Part shown: positions 1 through 13,569 of the stretch, piece after piece
How positions within the stretch are numbered: position 1 is the first letter of the stretch
Layout: each line of letters starts with the position of its first letter
Assembly: GCA_951406725.2 (NCBI GenBank)
Contig: OX597832.1
Location: forward strand, 13,950,001 to 14,014,000
DNA: 64,000 bases
Source of the DNA: Octopus vulgaris
Lineage: Eukaryota
Reading direction: 5' to 3'
Notes under the pieces: model-generated
What the model saw: the letters and a program-made list of their open reading frames with translations, nothing else
Databases searched by the model: none
What the model was told of the DNA's origin: nothing
Position numbers and translations under genes: made by a program

Positions 1-1849
1 AAAATATAGTATTGTATTGTTTTATATTTATATCGATTAACTCCAAGGATTTCAAACTTCCCAGCAGTGATTGAAATAACCGAATAAGTATATTTTACCT
101 AATGCTAAAAGAATAAATATTATTGTACTGGGGTATGTAAACACCCCGTGTGACTAACCATGTTCGTAAAGGTCAGGTGACTAACGAATGGTTAAAACAT
201 AGAAAGAACCTTGGATATACATGGTTATTTGTGTGAGTAAGTGTAGGCTTGGGTTTCTGTGAATGCAGACGTGGGTAGGTGTATAGGTGGTATGAGTGAG
301 AGTCTGGGCAGAATTGTATCTATTTCATGTTAAATAAATTGTTTGAAGCATTCCGAGAAGTAAACATTTGGTCAATAACAAAGAAACATAGTTAGTCTTT
401 TGCATTTGAAAACAAAGATCGCTGATTATGTAATAACGTACTATAAAGAGAAATGCCTCGCATATTTTATGCAGATAGTGTTTATATTAGCAAACCAATT
501 CATTTGTCTAGAAACACTACTCTAAGAATCGTAATAGACTCTTAAACATAATCAAGTGCTCCACGATAGAGCAACTGCGGTTTAAGGGCAGTTATCCACA
601 AAATAGTCTCCATTATTTGTAAAATAATTATTGTATCTACATATCTTCAGTGCTAACCTCTCCGATTTTACCGCATTTTTCCTTTCTTTTCAATCATAAA
701 CTATTATATCAAGACTGTTTTTTTTTTACATTGAATCGAAGGTTTGATTGAAACGTTAGGTTAAAATTCCTCGTCAGTGTGTCCGTGTATGCGTGTGCAT
801 GAAAATATGTATTGAATAACCGAGCTAATGTTTTGACGTATCCCAACTTGGTAACCTTGTGCTAAAATCTTTAGCTTCCTATCGTATGTTTTATATCTGC
901 TATAAACACATCAGACGAAAGTTTTTTTTTTTTTTCTGTCGCATTTGAAGGTGTAAATGGTTGTCGAAATTTTCGTCAGATAAACATTTCTGCTGGATTG
1001 CAAAAGAATAGCCTTCGAAATGTAACATGAGGCAACTTTTTGCAAGGCTGAGGCCAATGATATTATCATGTAGCTGAAGTGTTCTTGAAAAATATCGGCT
1101 GAGTAACATTTTTTATGGTATGTAAAATGCTTTTCGTGCAGGATTTTGATGATCCACCCTATATGAGAAAGGCTTTGAATGAATATTTGGCAACACATGA
1201 ATACTTTGTATGGGAACTTCCTCTGAGAGTGAAACTGTCAATCCCTACGTTTCTCATTAAAATTTCACTTAATATCAGGATATGACGTAATTCCAAATGT
1301 ATGGATTGAGTATCCTCTGTATACCACGCAGGTGTTTCAGATATTTATATCAGTATCGATATTATAAATGATTCAGTTTTTTTCTTGTTTTTCATTATCT
1401 TCCAGCAGCCATTTTTTGACAGTTAGCTAAAATATCATTTAGTTACTCTGTCTTCACAGAACATTTGTATGAGTTATTTTACTCAATAGCTAGGTATCAT
1501 AGCATTCATTATGTGATGTAGAGGAAATAGAGAAATGAGCGAAGTAAATGTTTGTGGAGATTTGGAAAATGCTTTATTCTTTTGTATTTAAATGCTAATA
1601 TATTTAGATCTAATCAGTAAATACAAATTACACTATTGTATCTTGCAGGTGTGAAGTATCTAATACGATAACATATCTAAAACGAAATGACAGTGGAACT
1701 AGTGCCGCAAAAGCACAGAAACAAAACCGAAATCTCCTTAGAAATTTCGAATTGATATATTTATAAATTTGGACACAATCCATCTGTTTTCTGTTACCAA
1801 TGTGAAAACTGTTAATCATATCTTTAAGATTACTTCAATAGCAGCAACC

Positions 1850-1949
1850 TAGTCGGTGGATACATATGCTGGTAGTCACGACGAATATACAGGGGTTCGT
1901 ATATTTTACTCCAGTGTCAACTTGATGGCATGTACTGCTCTCTCACTCA
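1850..1949 (+). mobile_element. 3' fragment of the non-coding (TAA)n-associated retroposon family (full copy at 7455-7984)
   Basis: ggtagtcacg...ttcgtatattttactccagtgtcaacttgatggcatgtactgctctctcactc matches the reverse complement of 7455-7535 and is followed by a (GAT/AAT)n tail. Confidence 0.75.
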
Positions 1950-2034
1950 GTGATGATGATAATAATAATAATAATGATGATGCTAATAATAACGGTAATA
2001 ATAATAATCAGTGTTATTTTTGTTGTTGTTATTC

Positions 2035-2170
2035 AGTTCTATATTTAAGAGAAGAGGAATTATGTGCAGTATTTGCATTATTTATAATTGACGCTTCGGC
2101 TGATATACCCCCCCAGCTTCATCAGGTGTTTTGGGGAAGTTTCGAACCTTGGTTCTCCGTCCCAAAGTAT
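2035..2170 (-). mobile_element. Retroelement 3'-end fragment with a degenerate hammerhead-ribozyme-like core
   Basis: Minus strand reads cCTGATGAa-gctg-ggggggtatat-cagc-cGAAGcgtc, i.e. CUGAUGA, a stem II and GAAG instead of GAAA; it ends in an aac/aat-rich tail. Confidence 0.5.
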
Positions 2171-3760
2171 TCGGACGACGTCACCGTGAGAGCGTCGGAT
2201 ATCTCTGATATCAAGTTGGTCGGCACTATCCTGAGGGAATACGAATCGGTGATGGAAGAAATTATTAGCTATGAGATCATTTTATTCTGGCTGATCATTT
2301 CTGTGGGTCTGTACCTCGGCACCTGTAGAGGCAGGCACATGCCAACCAACAGCTTGGTGGGGCGGTGGACGGAGGACCTGTTAAGCTGCTCGGGATCTGT
2401 TTCGGTCCGGATCTCCAGGTAAACAAGAACTGGAGCCGGTTGACAGAGAGGGTGACAAATCTCACCCAGAAATAGGCCGAGAGGAAGCTTTCCCTGAAAG
2501 GTCGGGAGGAGGTGGCGAATGCGTACATCACATTCGTCATATATTACCATTTGTCTGTTTCCCTTGCCCCGCTTCGTGCCTGACGGATTGGTGCGTTTGC
2601 TCTTCCGCTTTCTTTGGAAGAGACAGGTACCGCTTATCAGACAGTGCATTTGCTATGAGCACCCGTCGCACGGAGGACTGGGCATGCCCTGGATGAGGAT
2701 GCTCACACATGTTCTGAAGTTGCGACATCTCCAGCGATACCTTAACGGCAAACATGTGTGGCCGCCGTTTGTAGAACACACTTTTCCAGAGCACGTCTCC
2801 ATGACGGAGCTACATTCTAGGATCTGGCGTAGATAGAGGCAAAGAGCTTCGCACCTACAGTATCTCCAAGAGCTCACAGACCACGGCCAGTTAGGCAATG
2901 CTGTCGGTGGAAATTCCACATCAGAGTCCTATAGCGGATTCGTAGAAGACAAAGGTGACAACATATTCGGAGAGGTGCAGGGCCTCGAGGTAGGGCTCAA
3001 GTAGTTGGTCTCTACCGAAGGAATTTTGGGCCAGAAACTATGGATGATTTCCAGAAATTCCTGTGCTGGCACTGCTCCCGGGGAGCATTGCCGGTTCGAG
3101 ATGATTTCTATGGGTATGGGTGTGTAGTCTATCGGGATTGTCCTAGATGCACTCGGAGCGATGAAACTGACCTGCATGCTCTCCTACAGTGTCTGCACCT
3201 TACTGACTTGTGGGGAGTTATCGAACATTTATTGTCACGTGTAGGACGGATCTGGCTATCATCCGAGTCCATTGTGAATATATCTCCCCACTTCTCCGTT
3301 TCACCGGAAAGGGAGGGGTAGAGGTTTTGTGGTGGATGCGATTGGATGGTTTGAAGACAGGTAGCGTCACCTTTGGTCATATTCCTTTTTACTACACATT
3401 CCATCTCAAAAAGAAAGTGTGTCTGGAGAGGGAGGTACTGTAACCCAGTAATTTTGTTGGAAGGTGGGAGAATGTGGTAAGAAAGGCTCGCATGAATGCA
3501 CCTATTTTAAGTGTGCGCTTGTGAATTGGATGGAAGGTAGAGTAGAGTGTGCCTTCTTGGTGAAGCACTTGGCGTTATGAGGTCCAAAGTACGTGAGGTC
3601 TCTTTGGTCACCTTACTGTGGACACCATTTATTGGAGAAACATGTTGTTAATTTAATCTAGTCGTTAATGCTGTTTGTTGTTTAAAAGTTTAGCCTTATT
3701 ATCTCCCTCTGTGTATCGTTCTCTTTCTTTTGTGTTCAAACCTGGTTGACAATAAAAAAA
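2168..3760 (+). mobile_element. Decayed, 5'-truncated Tx1/L1-clade non-LTR retrotransposon (RT C-terminal half, zf-RVT-like CCHC finger, 3'UTR, A-tail)
   Basis: Frameshifted ORFs give YSDDVTV (YADD box), RLLFRFLWK...HPSHGGLGMP and WHCSRGALPVRD...CPRC...ETDLHALLQC; the element ends at aataaaaaaa 3751-3760. Confidence 0.85.
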
Positions 3761-3761
3761 G

Positions 3762-3836
3762 TATAATAATGATAATAATAATAATAATTATAATAACAAA
3801 AATAATAATAATAAAAATAATAATAATAATAATAAC

Positions 3837-3893
<57 letters not shown>

Positions 3894-3903
3894 CATTATT
3901 ATT
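3762..3903. repeat. (AAT)n microsatellite
   Basis: Direct inspection. Confidence 0.95.
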
Positions 3904-3904
3904 A

Positions 3905-5150
3905 CTGCCTTTGTACTCCGGTGCCAGCTATTCACTACCACTGAACTAAGGTACATCACTTATTTTTCGAACACCTTCCGCAGTATTCGAGTGTTTCAAA
4001 GCAGTGCTGTTTTCTGTAAGTGATCCACCCTTAATGCAGCCCCTATTTGTTCGATGTACTTACCAAGATTTTTACTCACTGTTCCCAGGGCTCCGAGAAT
4101 TATTGGTACAACAAAAATCTTTTCATCGACCATAACTAACAAGCTAAGCTGCCATATATCTCGCCTTTTCTTTCTTCCTTATTGCATACCTTGCTGTCAG
4201 CTGGACATGCTATATCTATGATCCGGCATAGATTGCTTTCTTACTCAATTAAGATTATGTCTGGCTATCTATTCTCTACCTCATGGTTGCACTGAATCAT
4301 AATATCCCATATGATTTTTGCATAATCATTTTCGATGATGCCTTTGTGTTGGTGGTCGTACAAATTTTTCGCTCGGTCAAGTGCATACTTGTTGCAATGA
4401 ATCCAATGGACAAGCGTTGCTATATTGTCGTGGCGTCTCTTATATTCCTTCCTGGCTAGTGGCGTACATTGGCTGGTAATATGCCGTACGGTTTCACCGT
4501 TTTGTCCACAGATTCTGCACTTATCACTTTCTGGTACGTTGTCTATTCTGTATCTAATGCAATTTCTTCTTAGTGCTTGCACTGGGACTGCACAGATTAG
4601 AGCCTCCTTTTCCGGTTTTAAATCACTTTTAGTCATCTAAAGGCATCTTTTTTCTCTGTATTATCTTCAATATCCCTATGAAATTGACCATGCATTCTTT
4701 TCTTTACCCACCTATTTTCAGTTTCTTTCGTTTTCAATTCCTTTATCTTTGCAATCTTTCATCCTAGACTAGCCTGACCTTCTTAATTCTGATAAAAGCG
4801 GTTCGGTGGCGTTTTTATATACCGTGCTATGTTATTTTCCACTACCCTAATGCTGTGTTCTCATCCAATTAGCCTTCTTCTCAATCGTTTTCTTGGTAGA
4901 CATAGTCTGTCTGTATCACTTTTACGTTAGAGTGTCCTATATCTCGTTAACAACTTCCTTATCTTCCTGTCTAAGTAATTTCCTTCGTCTAATATCCATG
5001 CGATTACCCCTACTCACTATCTAAGGTGTGAAACCGACCAGGTATTGATAGTTTCTATTTTCTTCCGTCCCTTTCATTTCAACTTGACTCTCAGTCTCAG
5101 TCTGCGCAAGTACTCCACCTTAAATATTTCTGTCATTTCTTTCTGTATCC

Positions 5151-5152
<2 letters not shown>
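3905..5152 (-). mobile_element. Decayed, 5'-truncated R4/Dong-clade (RLE) non-LTR retrotransposon flanked by TAA repeats
   Basis: Contains EYLRRLRL...INTW (RT thumb), LKPEKEALICA, the CRICGQNGETVRHITSQC zinc knuckle, KRRHDNIA and KIIWD..IQCNHEVENR. A PD-(D/E)xK-type region and VVPIILGALGTV follow downstream. Confidence 0.88.
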
Positions 5153-5243
<91 letters not shown>

Positions 5244-5266
5244 TAGTAGTAGAAGTAGTAGTAGTA
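5151..5266. repeat. (TTA)n/(TAG)n microsatellite
   Basis: Direct inspection. Confidence 0.95.
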
Positions 5267-5326
5267 TTGTTTTTATATTTTAGTTTTTTCACATATATTT
5301 ATATGAATGAATATATATATATGTTT

Positions 5327-5374
<48 letters not shown>

Positions 5375-5682
5375 GACTGGCCTGTACGCGTATGAGCAAG
5401 GGTTTGATATAGTAAGATATCGATGTCTCTAAGTTCTTAAGCTCTAAAAAGGGTAAAGTTGAGTAGAAATTTGATAATTGCATCCATGTATCGAGCGAAG
5501 ATATTCTTGATCTTTCCAAAACCAAAAACTTAATGTCAATATTTGAGTAGACAATTCTGGAGAGAAACTGGATCATGTGATTATATTCTCCATGTTGTTG
5601 TATCTACAAGAAAGTTCACTTGAGATACATAGCAAATAAATGAATCTAATTTGCTACCTACTTATATCTCATCTTCACATAC

Positions 5683-5757
<75 letters not shown>

Positions 5758-5929
5758 CTGTGTTTGTCATTGTGTGTCAGTGCGTGTATGTCTGTGCGCG
5801 TTCGTGTGTTTGTGTCCATTTTGAAATATATATACCTGTATACCTTTATGCAAACATATGCTGACGAAGCCATAATACTTTTTCGTAGGAATATTTTTGA
5901 CGCAGAATTTTTATCTAATACTAGTTGCA

Positions 5930-6391
5930 TTCTTCTTCTTCTTCTTCTTCTTTTTCTTCTTCTTCTTCTTCTTCTTCTTCTTCTTCTTCTTCTTCTTCTT
6001 TTTCTTCTTCTTCTTCTTCTTCTTCTTCTTCTTCTTCTTCTTCTTCTTCTTCTTCTTCTCCTCCTTCTACTCCTTCTTCTTCTCCTTCTCCTTCTTCTTC
6101 TTATTCTTCTTCTTCTTCTCCTCATCCCCTCTTCTTCTTCTTCTTCTTCTTCTTCTTCTCATCTTCTTCTTCTTCTTCTTCTTCTTCTTCTTCTCCTTCT
6201 TCTTCTCCTTCTTCTACTCCTTCTCCTCCTTCATCACCTTCTTCTTCTCCCTCTCCTTCTTCTTCTTCTTTTTTTTTTCTTCTTCTTCTTCTTCTTCTTC
6301 TTCTACTTCTCCTTCTTCTTCTTCTTTTTCTTTTTCTTTTTCTTCTTCTTCTTCTTCTTCTTCTTCTTCTTCTTCTTCTTCTCCTTCTCTT
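5930..6391. repeat. Long (CTT)n/(GAA)n polypyrimidine-polypurine tract
   Basis: About 460 bp almost entirely C/T on the + strand. Confidence 0.95.
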
Positions 6392-7368
6392 AATTATTAA
6401 TATTTCTGTTGTTATTAAGATGTGAGTTTCCAGAAATATTAGCACTTTGAACAATATTTGTCTGACCCATAGACATTGCAAGGGATGGAAAATCTTAGGA
6501 AGACCTATTTAAGAAAGGAAAATTTTGCATGTCTGCAGCATTCAAAATTTACCCTTTTTTTAAATATTCCTCACGTTGTTTCTTTGGCAGCTGGCCACCA
6601 TGTGTCTTGTGAATCCAGAGTTTAATTTAAATCAATCTCTGTAAACAAATATCAATTTTTTTTTTAGCGAGCAGACGATAAATAGTGCATTTATGCGTAT
6701 CCGATCGTCGCTATAAAAATATTTGTTCAATAAACAAATACTTTTTTAATATCAACGCACCACCACCACCGCTGTCTGCCTCTGTCTGTCTGTCTCTCTC
6801 TCTGTCTCTCTTTCTCTTAATGTAAATGTCTCCCCAGTTCACCTCTCTCTAACTTTCTTTTCTGCTAACTTTTTAATCACGTAATAAATATTTCTTCCTC
6901 ACTTCGCTGCACGTCGTTAACGGTTCTTTTTCTTTCTTTTCTCTCGTCGTCTCTTTTTTCGCCTCTAACTTCAGCTGAAAATGTGACGCATTTGGCCTAA
7001 GTGTGTTAATATTAATCACCTTTCTCTATTTTTTTCGTCACATTTTCTTTACTCCTCCCTCTTTCTCTCACACACCACATCCACCTCATTAACTAACTAA
7101 TAGTTTACGAGTTAGCGAGGAGGCAGAATTTGATATATATTCTTAACTCCATTTCTACCAATTTTTTCATTTCATACTACACTTTCACATGAAATGGGAT
7201 CGAGAAAATTTGCACTATTTTAACACTCCCTTTGATATAATTTCTTACTTCTTCCACTCAGAATAATTCCAAACCTTTCCCCAAAATGTAATACCATCAT
7301 CCTCATCATATTCTTCGTCATAACCACCATCGTCATCGTTATCGTCGTCATCATCATCCTCATCAATG

Positions 7369-7369
<1 letters not shown>

Positions 7370-7454
<85 letters not shown>

Positions 7455-7983
7455 GAGTGAGAGAGCAGTTCATGCCATCAAAGTGACACTGGGGTAAAAT
7501 ATACGAAGCCCAATATACCCATCATGACTACCCGTCTGATAAAGGTACACCAGGCACATGCATCACAACCATATGTACACGACATGGTGATCTCATATCA
7601 AGATAAACTGCACATGACCTTGCAGGTGGGGCCCAGTTAGAATTTTCTTCAGGTTGAGTAGCCCATCCCGCTCAAACGGTCCCTCAAAAACCACCCATGT
7701 CTCCAGAGGGGAATTATTCAAATCCCCAAAGAATCCCTCTCAACACATGGCTATGATGCTCCCCCACTACTTCTGCTCGTGATCAGAGATGCACATATCG
7801 TCAGCCACTAAGGGACATGCTCAACTGGTTAAGGTCAAACAACTGACAAGCAAATCTGTGGTATTGAGCAGAATATTTGCTGTAGCCCATCTTTTATACC
7901 AAGACAAAACAATGTACATGATAACGCTTCCAATCAGTTAAGATCAGAAGCCACGAGAGCCACTGCCTGGTACTGCATCAGGG

Positions 7984-8077
<94 letters not shown>
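7370..8077. repeat. (TTA)n microsatellite split by an inserted element
   Basis: TTA runs at 7370-7454 and 7985-8077 on either side of the insert. Confidence 0.9.
7455..7984 (-). mobile_element. ~530 bp non-coding interspersed element inserted in (TAA)n (SINE-like, candidate R4/Dong-dependent retroposon)
   Basis: Sharp boundaries within TTA repeats, no long ORF, and partial copies at 1850-1949 and 58917-59074 that also abut (AAT)n. Confidence 0.75.
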
Positions 8078-8399
8078 GTTGTCGTTGTTGTTGTTGCTGT
8101 TGTTTTCGTTACTGTTATTATTATCTGATTTTCTATATCCTCCACTTGCTTTTCCGTCTGTTTCCGTTTCTCATCCCGATATATCGGGTATTGAAATATG
8201 ATACGCCACATTTTCCATTTACAAAATCAAATAAAGTTATGTGTGTGCATATACATGTATATGCAATTTTTATAATATGATTCTATATTGTAAGTGTAAT
8301 TTCATATAACCGGTTAGTTGATTGGCCCAGTGAAACAAAATCTTTTCAAAATGTGTATCTATCAACGTAATTGTATACTTATACATCTAACCATATTGT

Positions 8400-9007
<608 letters not shown>

Positions 9008-9008
<1 letters not shown>

Positions 9009-9225
9009 GTGTTATGGTAAAATTGTCGGGCTCACAATTATGAAGTATTGAGTTTGATTTCCGGACCGAGCTGTGTGTTGTGTTCTTTAGGAAGACACTT
9101 GTCTTCACGTGTCCCTTAGATAATGCCTGTGGCTTGAAGAGTGGGGCTTGTATGCCTTACCCGATCATGTGCTCCAGAGGATAACTTTCTCTATGCAATC
9201 TCAGGATCATTAAGGATTGCTCTTT
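9008..9225 (+). mobile_element. Degenerate tRNA-derived SINE fragment
   Basis: Box A/B-like tggtaaaattgtcggg...gagtttgatttcc followed by gtgttgtgttctttaggaagacactt (resembles the common SINE ttgtgtccttgagcaagacactt block). Confidence 0.45.
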
Positions 9226-11601
9226 ATATATAACTCTATATACATAGATTTTTAGTGTGCCTGTATGTGTTTGTGTGTGTATGTCACTTTGGACTTCGAA
9301 AATCAGTATGGGGTGTCGAAACATTCAGCTAACCCGTCTGGAATATCAAAAGATTCAGCAATCTCTCGGCTACCAAATATCTTTATTCTCATTTACATAT
9401 TTCCTTCGTTATCTCAACAACCATACGTAGCTATTTGAGAAACACTGCTCTTCAACGACCATGTTTCACTAGAAAGCGAAAATTAGTTTCGCACATGTAA
9501 TTTGAACGAACATCACGAAGCGTTGCATGAGTGAATGTGTGTGGATAATAAAATTAATTTTTCCCCGAATTTGTCACATCCGTATTATAATAAAGAAAGC
9601 TGATTATCCTCTGTCTCTCGCTCTATATGCAAAGGCTACCAAACCAACTGTGTGTGGCACAGAAATTCTCTTTTACTAGTAAATTAACCTCTGTAACGAG
9701 GTCAGGTCTAACAAGTTTAAGGTCATTTTCGGGTAATTTTTCGATTAGTGTCTAAATATTCACTTTCGTCCGAAGTTTCACGCATACGTAGATTTCTGCT
9801 AAGACAAGCATTTATTAAATTGTACACATAAATATTGTATTAAAATAAGTAAAAATCAAAGAAATTATATTACAAGACATCCATGTCTTTGTTATGAGGG
9901 AAAACAGTCATTCACTCTCTCTCACTCTCACGCACAAATACATAAAACATGATGTATACGTGTATATGAAAGATAATGTGTATGTGTGAGAGAGACAGAG
10001 AGAGAAAGACAGACGAGGAGCGAGTGAGTGTCTCTTACACATACATGACAACATAAACATTCATTTACACACTGATTTTCCCTCTTTCTCTCTCACGGAC
10101 ACGGAGACAAGCACACGCAGACACGCGTCCGTTTTGTATACCCGTACGTAAATCTTTCTATTCTCCTCCCTTTCAATTTCTTCTTTGACTTCAAAGCAAT
10201 TGTCTCCATTTCACTTTCCCTTCTCTTTCAATTACTGCTCTTCTCAAATAAACAAATACATTTTTTACGGAAATCAACGTAGACTCATATGATCGCCCAT
10301 ATGATCGAGTTGACAACTTTGTGGCTCAAACGGAATAACACCATAAAATAACCTCCTTTGGCACACACAGGAACACTCACATACGCACACACAAACACAT
10401 ATGCACACACACACACGTCCTCTCTCTCTCTTACACGCACGCACACGCTCTCTCTTTCTCTCACTTTCTCTCTCTCTCTCTCTCTCAGACACACACACAC
10501 GCAAACAGATTTCAAAACTTAATTTTTCTAATCTGTAAATTATGTTTGTGATGAGCGTATTTAAAACCTGATTTTCCATATAAGCTTAAAAGGACGCTTC
10601 ACCTGAAATCCCGTCCTTTACTTGTGGTTTTAAGCATGTTCGATGTCACTATTGTGTCCTTATCTTATATGCTTCATAAATTTCCTCCGACCACTATGTT
10701 TTAAATACAGGTGAATAGGTTTTCACCGAAAACACGTTTTCAGTATTATAATTTTCCTCCTTCTCACCCTAACTTCTTCATCGTTTCACATTTTCCAATT
10801 ATTGTTTTTTGTTAGTAATCCACGAAGAAAAAACAGTGAGTATGAATCACTAAGAATGTTCTTCTTTCTTTTAAACTCTTAAACTTTTATTATCGGAGTG
10901 ATTCTTGTGCCTGTGCTCTCTAGGACACATAATAGAGAAGAGCTTGTGAGGATAGAAAAGAAAATGACGATTAAAGAACTGCATGGTAAGGAAATATCAC
11001 GTGGTAGGTCAGGCATAAAACTGAAAACCTCTGAATAATAAAAACAACATATCGTAAATAGGATAGAAAAATATTTAGAAAGCGAAAACTAATATTGCAC
11101 ATAGGACCTGCAAGCTCTTTCGATAATTCGTGGTATTTTCCAAATGATCACTGATTTTCCACAAAAAGCAAAAGCTTACAATTTTCTAGGTTCTACCGCC
11201 AGTTACTGACAAATAAAACCCGTTTTCAATTTACTTTTATTTGCGGGTGTAGCCTTCCAGGAACTCATGAATTTTGACGTAATGAAATAATCCCTGTGTA
11301 AATTCCTTGTTGCTAAATTTTCTCATACAACGTATAGGGATTTTACTTATAGTTAGAGGGTAAGTGAAATAACCAATTACAGTCGAAGTTATCCTTGCTT
11401 TCCTGACGCTAGCAATGACATTTTCCGACATGCACAGTTCTTTCGTTAACTCCTACTATTCCACAGTATTGCTGCTGACCAACACATATCCGTATGTTTT
11501 TTGACACCACGGTGGTAATATCAACTTCGTATGGGAAACATGAAAGACTTTAGCCAGCAGTTTTCCAGAAATAATTCTGTCTAAGCAACACACAGACACA
11601 G

Positions 11602-11644
<43 letters not shown>

Positions 11645-12379
11645 CACACACACACACACGCATCCACACACATCATAAAACAAAACGGATTTTGAGGGGA
11701 ATGAGAAATCCTTAAAGACAGTATAATGTATACGAAATGCTATTCATTTTTTGCTGGTATGTTGAACAACATCACAAAATTTGTTGAAGACTTGTCGCTT
11801 ATCCTCTTCAGAAAATGTAGCCGTACCAAGCTGTACTGTTTTGGCAAGAATATGCAACCCCATGGTATGCTTTAGATTCATATTAATTGATCAGAGCCTT
11901 CCCAAATTTGATAACTGTTGATGTAAAATAGCTCGTTTGAGAGAGTCACTCATTTCGTTAGTTAAAAATCAGTGAGGCTGATTATCAAACTTGCATTTGC
12001 CTTCGGCTTCATAAATATGCAAATATCTCTGTACCACACCCCTCTGTATCTCTCTCTCTCTCTCTCTCTCCTGCTATCTAACTCTCATATATCAATCTAT
12101 ATCCTTTTCTCTCTCTCTCTCTCTCTCTCTATTTATCTATCTATCTCCTATATATATGTATATATGAGTGTGCGTGTGTGTGGACGCCTGTATGTATGTA
12201 TGTATATATACATATGTATCTAAGCATGTACGTGTGTGTATGTGGGAATGTATGTATACGGATGAATGGAGAAGCAAGTAATTCTATCCCGAACGAGCAA
12301 TGTTTCAGGAAATGCCTGGGAAACATTAATCCACATGTGGCTGAATAAAACTATTTTCAAATAATAAAAATAACAACGA

Positions 12380-12834
12380 TTTCAAATTTTAGCACAAGGC
12401 CAGCAATTTCGCTGATGGGGAAGATCGATCGCATTGACGCCAGGTCTCAAATGGTACATATTTTATCAACACTGATAAGATCAATGGCAAAGTCGTCATC
12501 AGCGGAATTGGAACTTAGACCGTGACGAGAAAACTAAATGCCGCTAAGTATTTCGCTCGGCGTGCTAAAGATATCGCCAGCTCACCGATTCAAATAATAA
12601 TCCTTTGTCCTAAATGCAGAAGGCCTGAAATTTTGTGGAAGGGGACTAGACGATTACATCGAAACCAGTGTCCAACACCTACATAATTTAGACATCAAGA
12701 AGGGATGGAAAACAAAGTGGAACTTGGCGGAACTCAAATGGAACTCACATCGTAAAGATGGACGAAATGCCACGAAGCATTTTATCCGGCGTGCTAACAT
12801 TTCTGTCATCTCCCCGCCTTAATAATAATAATAA

Positions 12835-12915
<81 letters not shown>

Positions 12916-13095
12916 AAGAACAACGACAATCGTTTCAATCATAGCCACATGGCCTGAAATTGGTTCATTGGTAATTAATTTATCGACTTCGATATGATGA
13001 ACGGCAAAGTCAACCTCGGCGGTATTTGAACTCAGAGCGTATCGACGGGCGAAATACCGCTATGCATTTCGTCTACCGTGCAAATAATTCTACCA
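12380..13095 (-). mobile_element. Three degenerate tandem copies of SINE family B (Nin/Deu-domain-like)
   Basis: Copies at about 12380-12590, 12600-12820 and 12940-13095 each contain ggcaaagtc...cggcggaattt-gaactc...gacgaaat.ccgc.aagcattt...gcgtgctaa, matching 60288-60517. Confidence 0.8.
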
Positions 13096-13289
13096 GGAAA
13101 TGCATATTCGTATGTGTATGTGCAGCGATATCCAAATGTGTGTATGTATGCATGTATGCAAGTACATCTTAACATATTCACGTTGTTGCACATGAGCATT
13201 CTTCAATATATGCGTGTGAGTGCGTATACGCCTATGTGCCTTTCCGTGTAGTCTTAAATTTCTATCAGGCATACGTATGCATATGCATG

Positions 13290-13313
13290 GGCGTATATAT
13301 ATATTTTTTAAAA

Positions 13314-13372
<59 letters not shown>

Positions 13373-13402
13373 GTGTGTGTTTTGTGTGTCTATACACACA
13401 CG

Positions 13403-13436
<34 letters not shown>

Positions 13437-13516
13437 CATGTATACATATGTGTATATATATATATATATATTATATACATACATATATATACATATATAT
13501 GTCATATCAATGTATA

Positions 13517-13569
<53 letters not shown>

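Noticed and set aside
1856-2422. 188-aa ORF
   Set aside because: Chance read-through across three adjacent repeats and a microsatellite; only the end is Tx1 RT-derived
5045-6481. Poly-L/R/S/F/N ORFs
   Set aside because: Translations of (TTA)n and (CTT)n microsatellites
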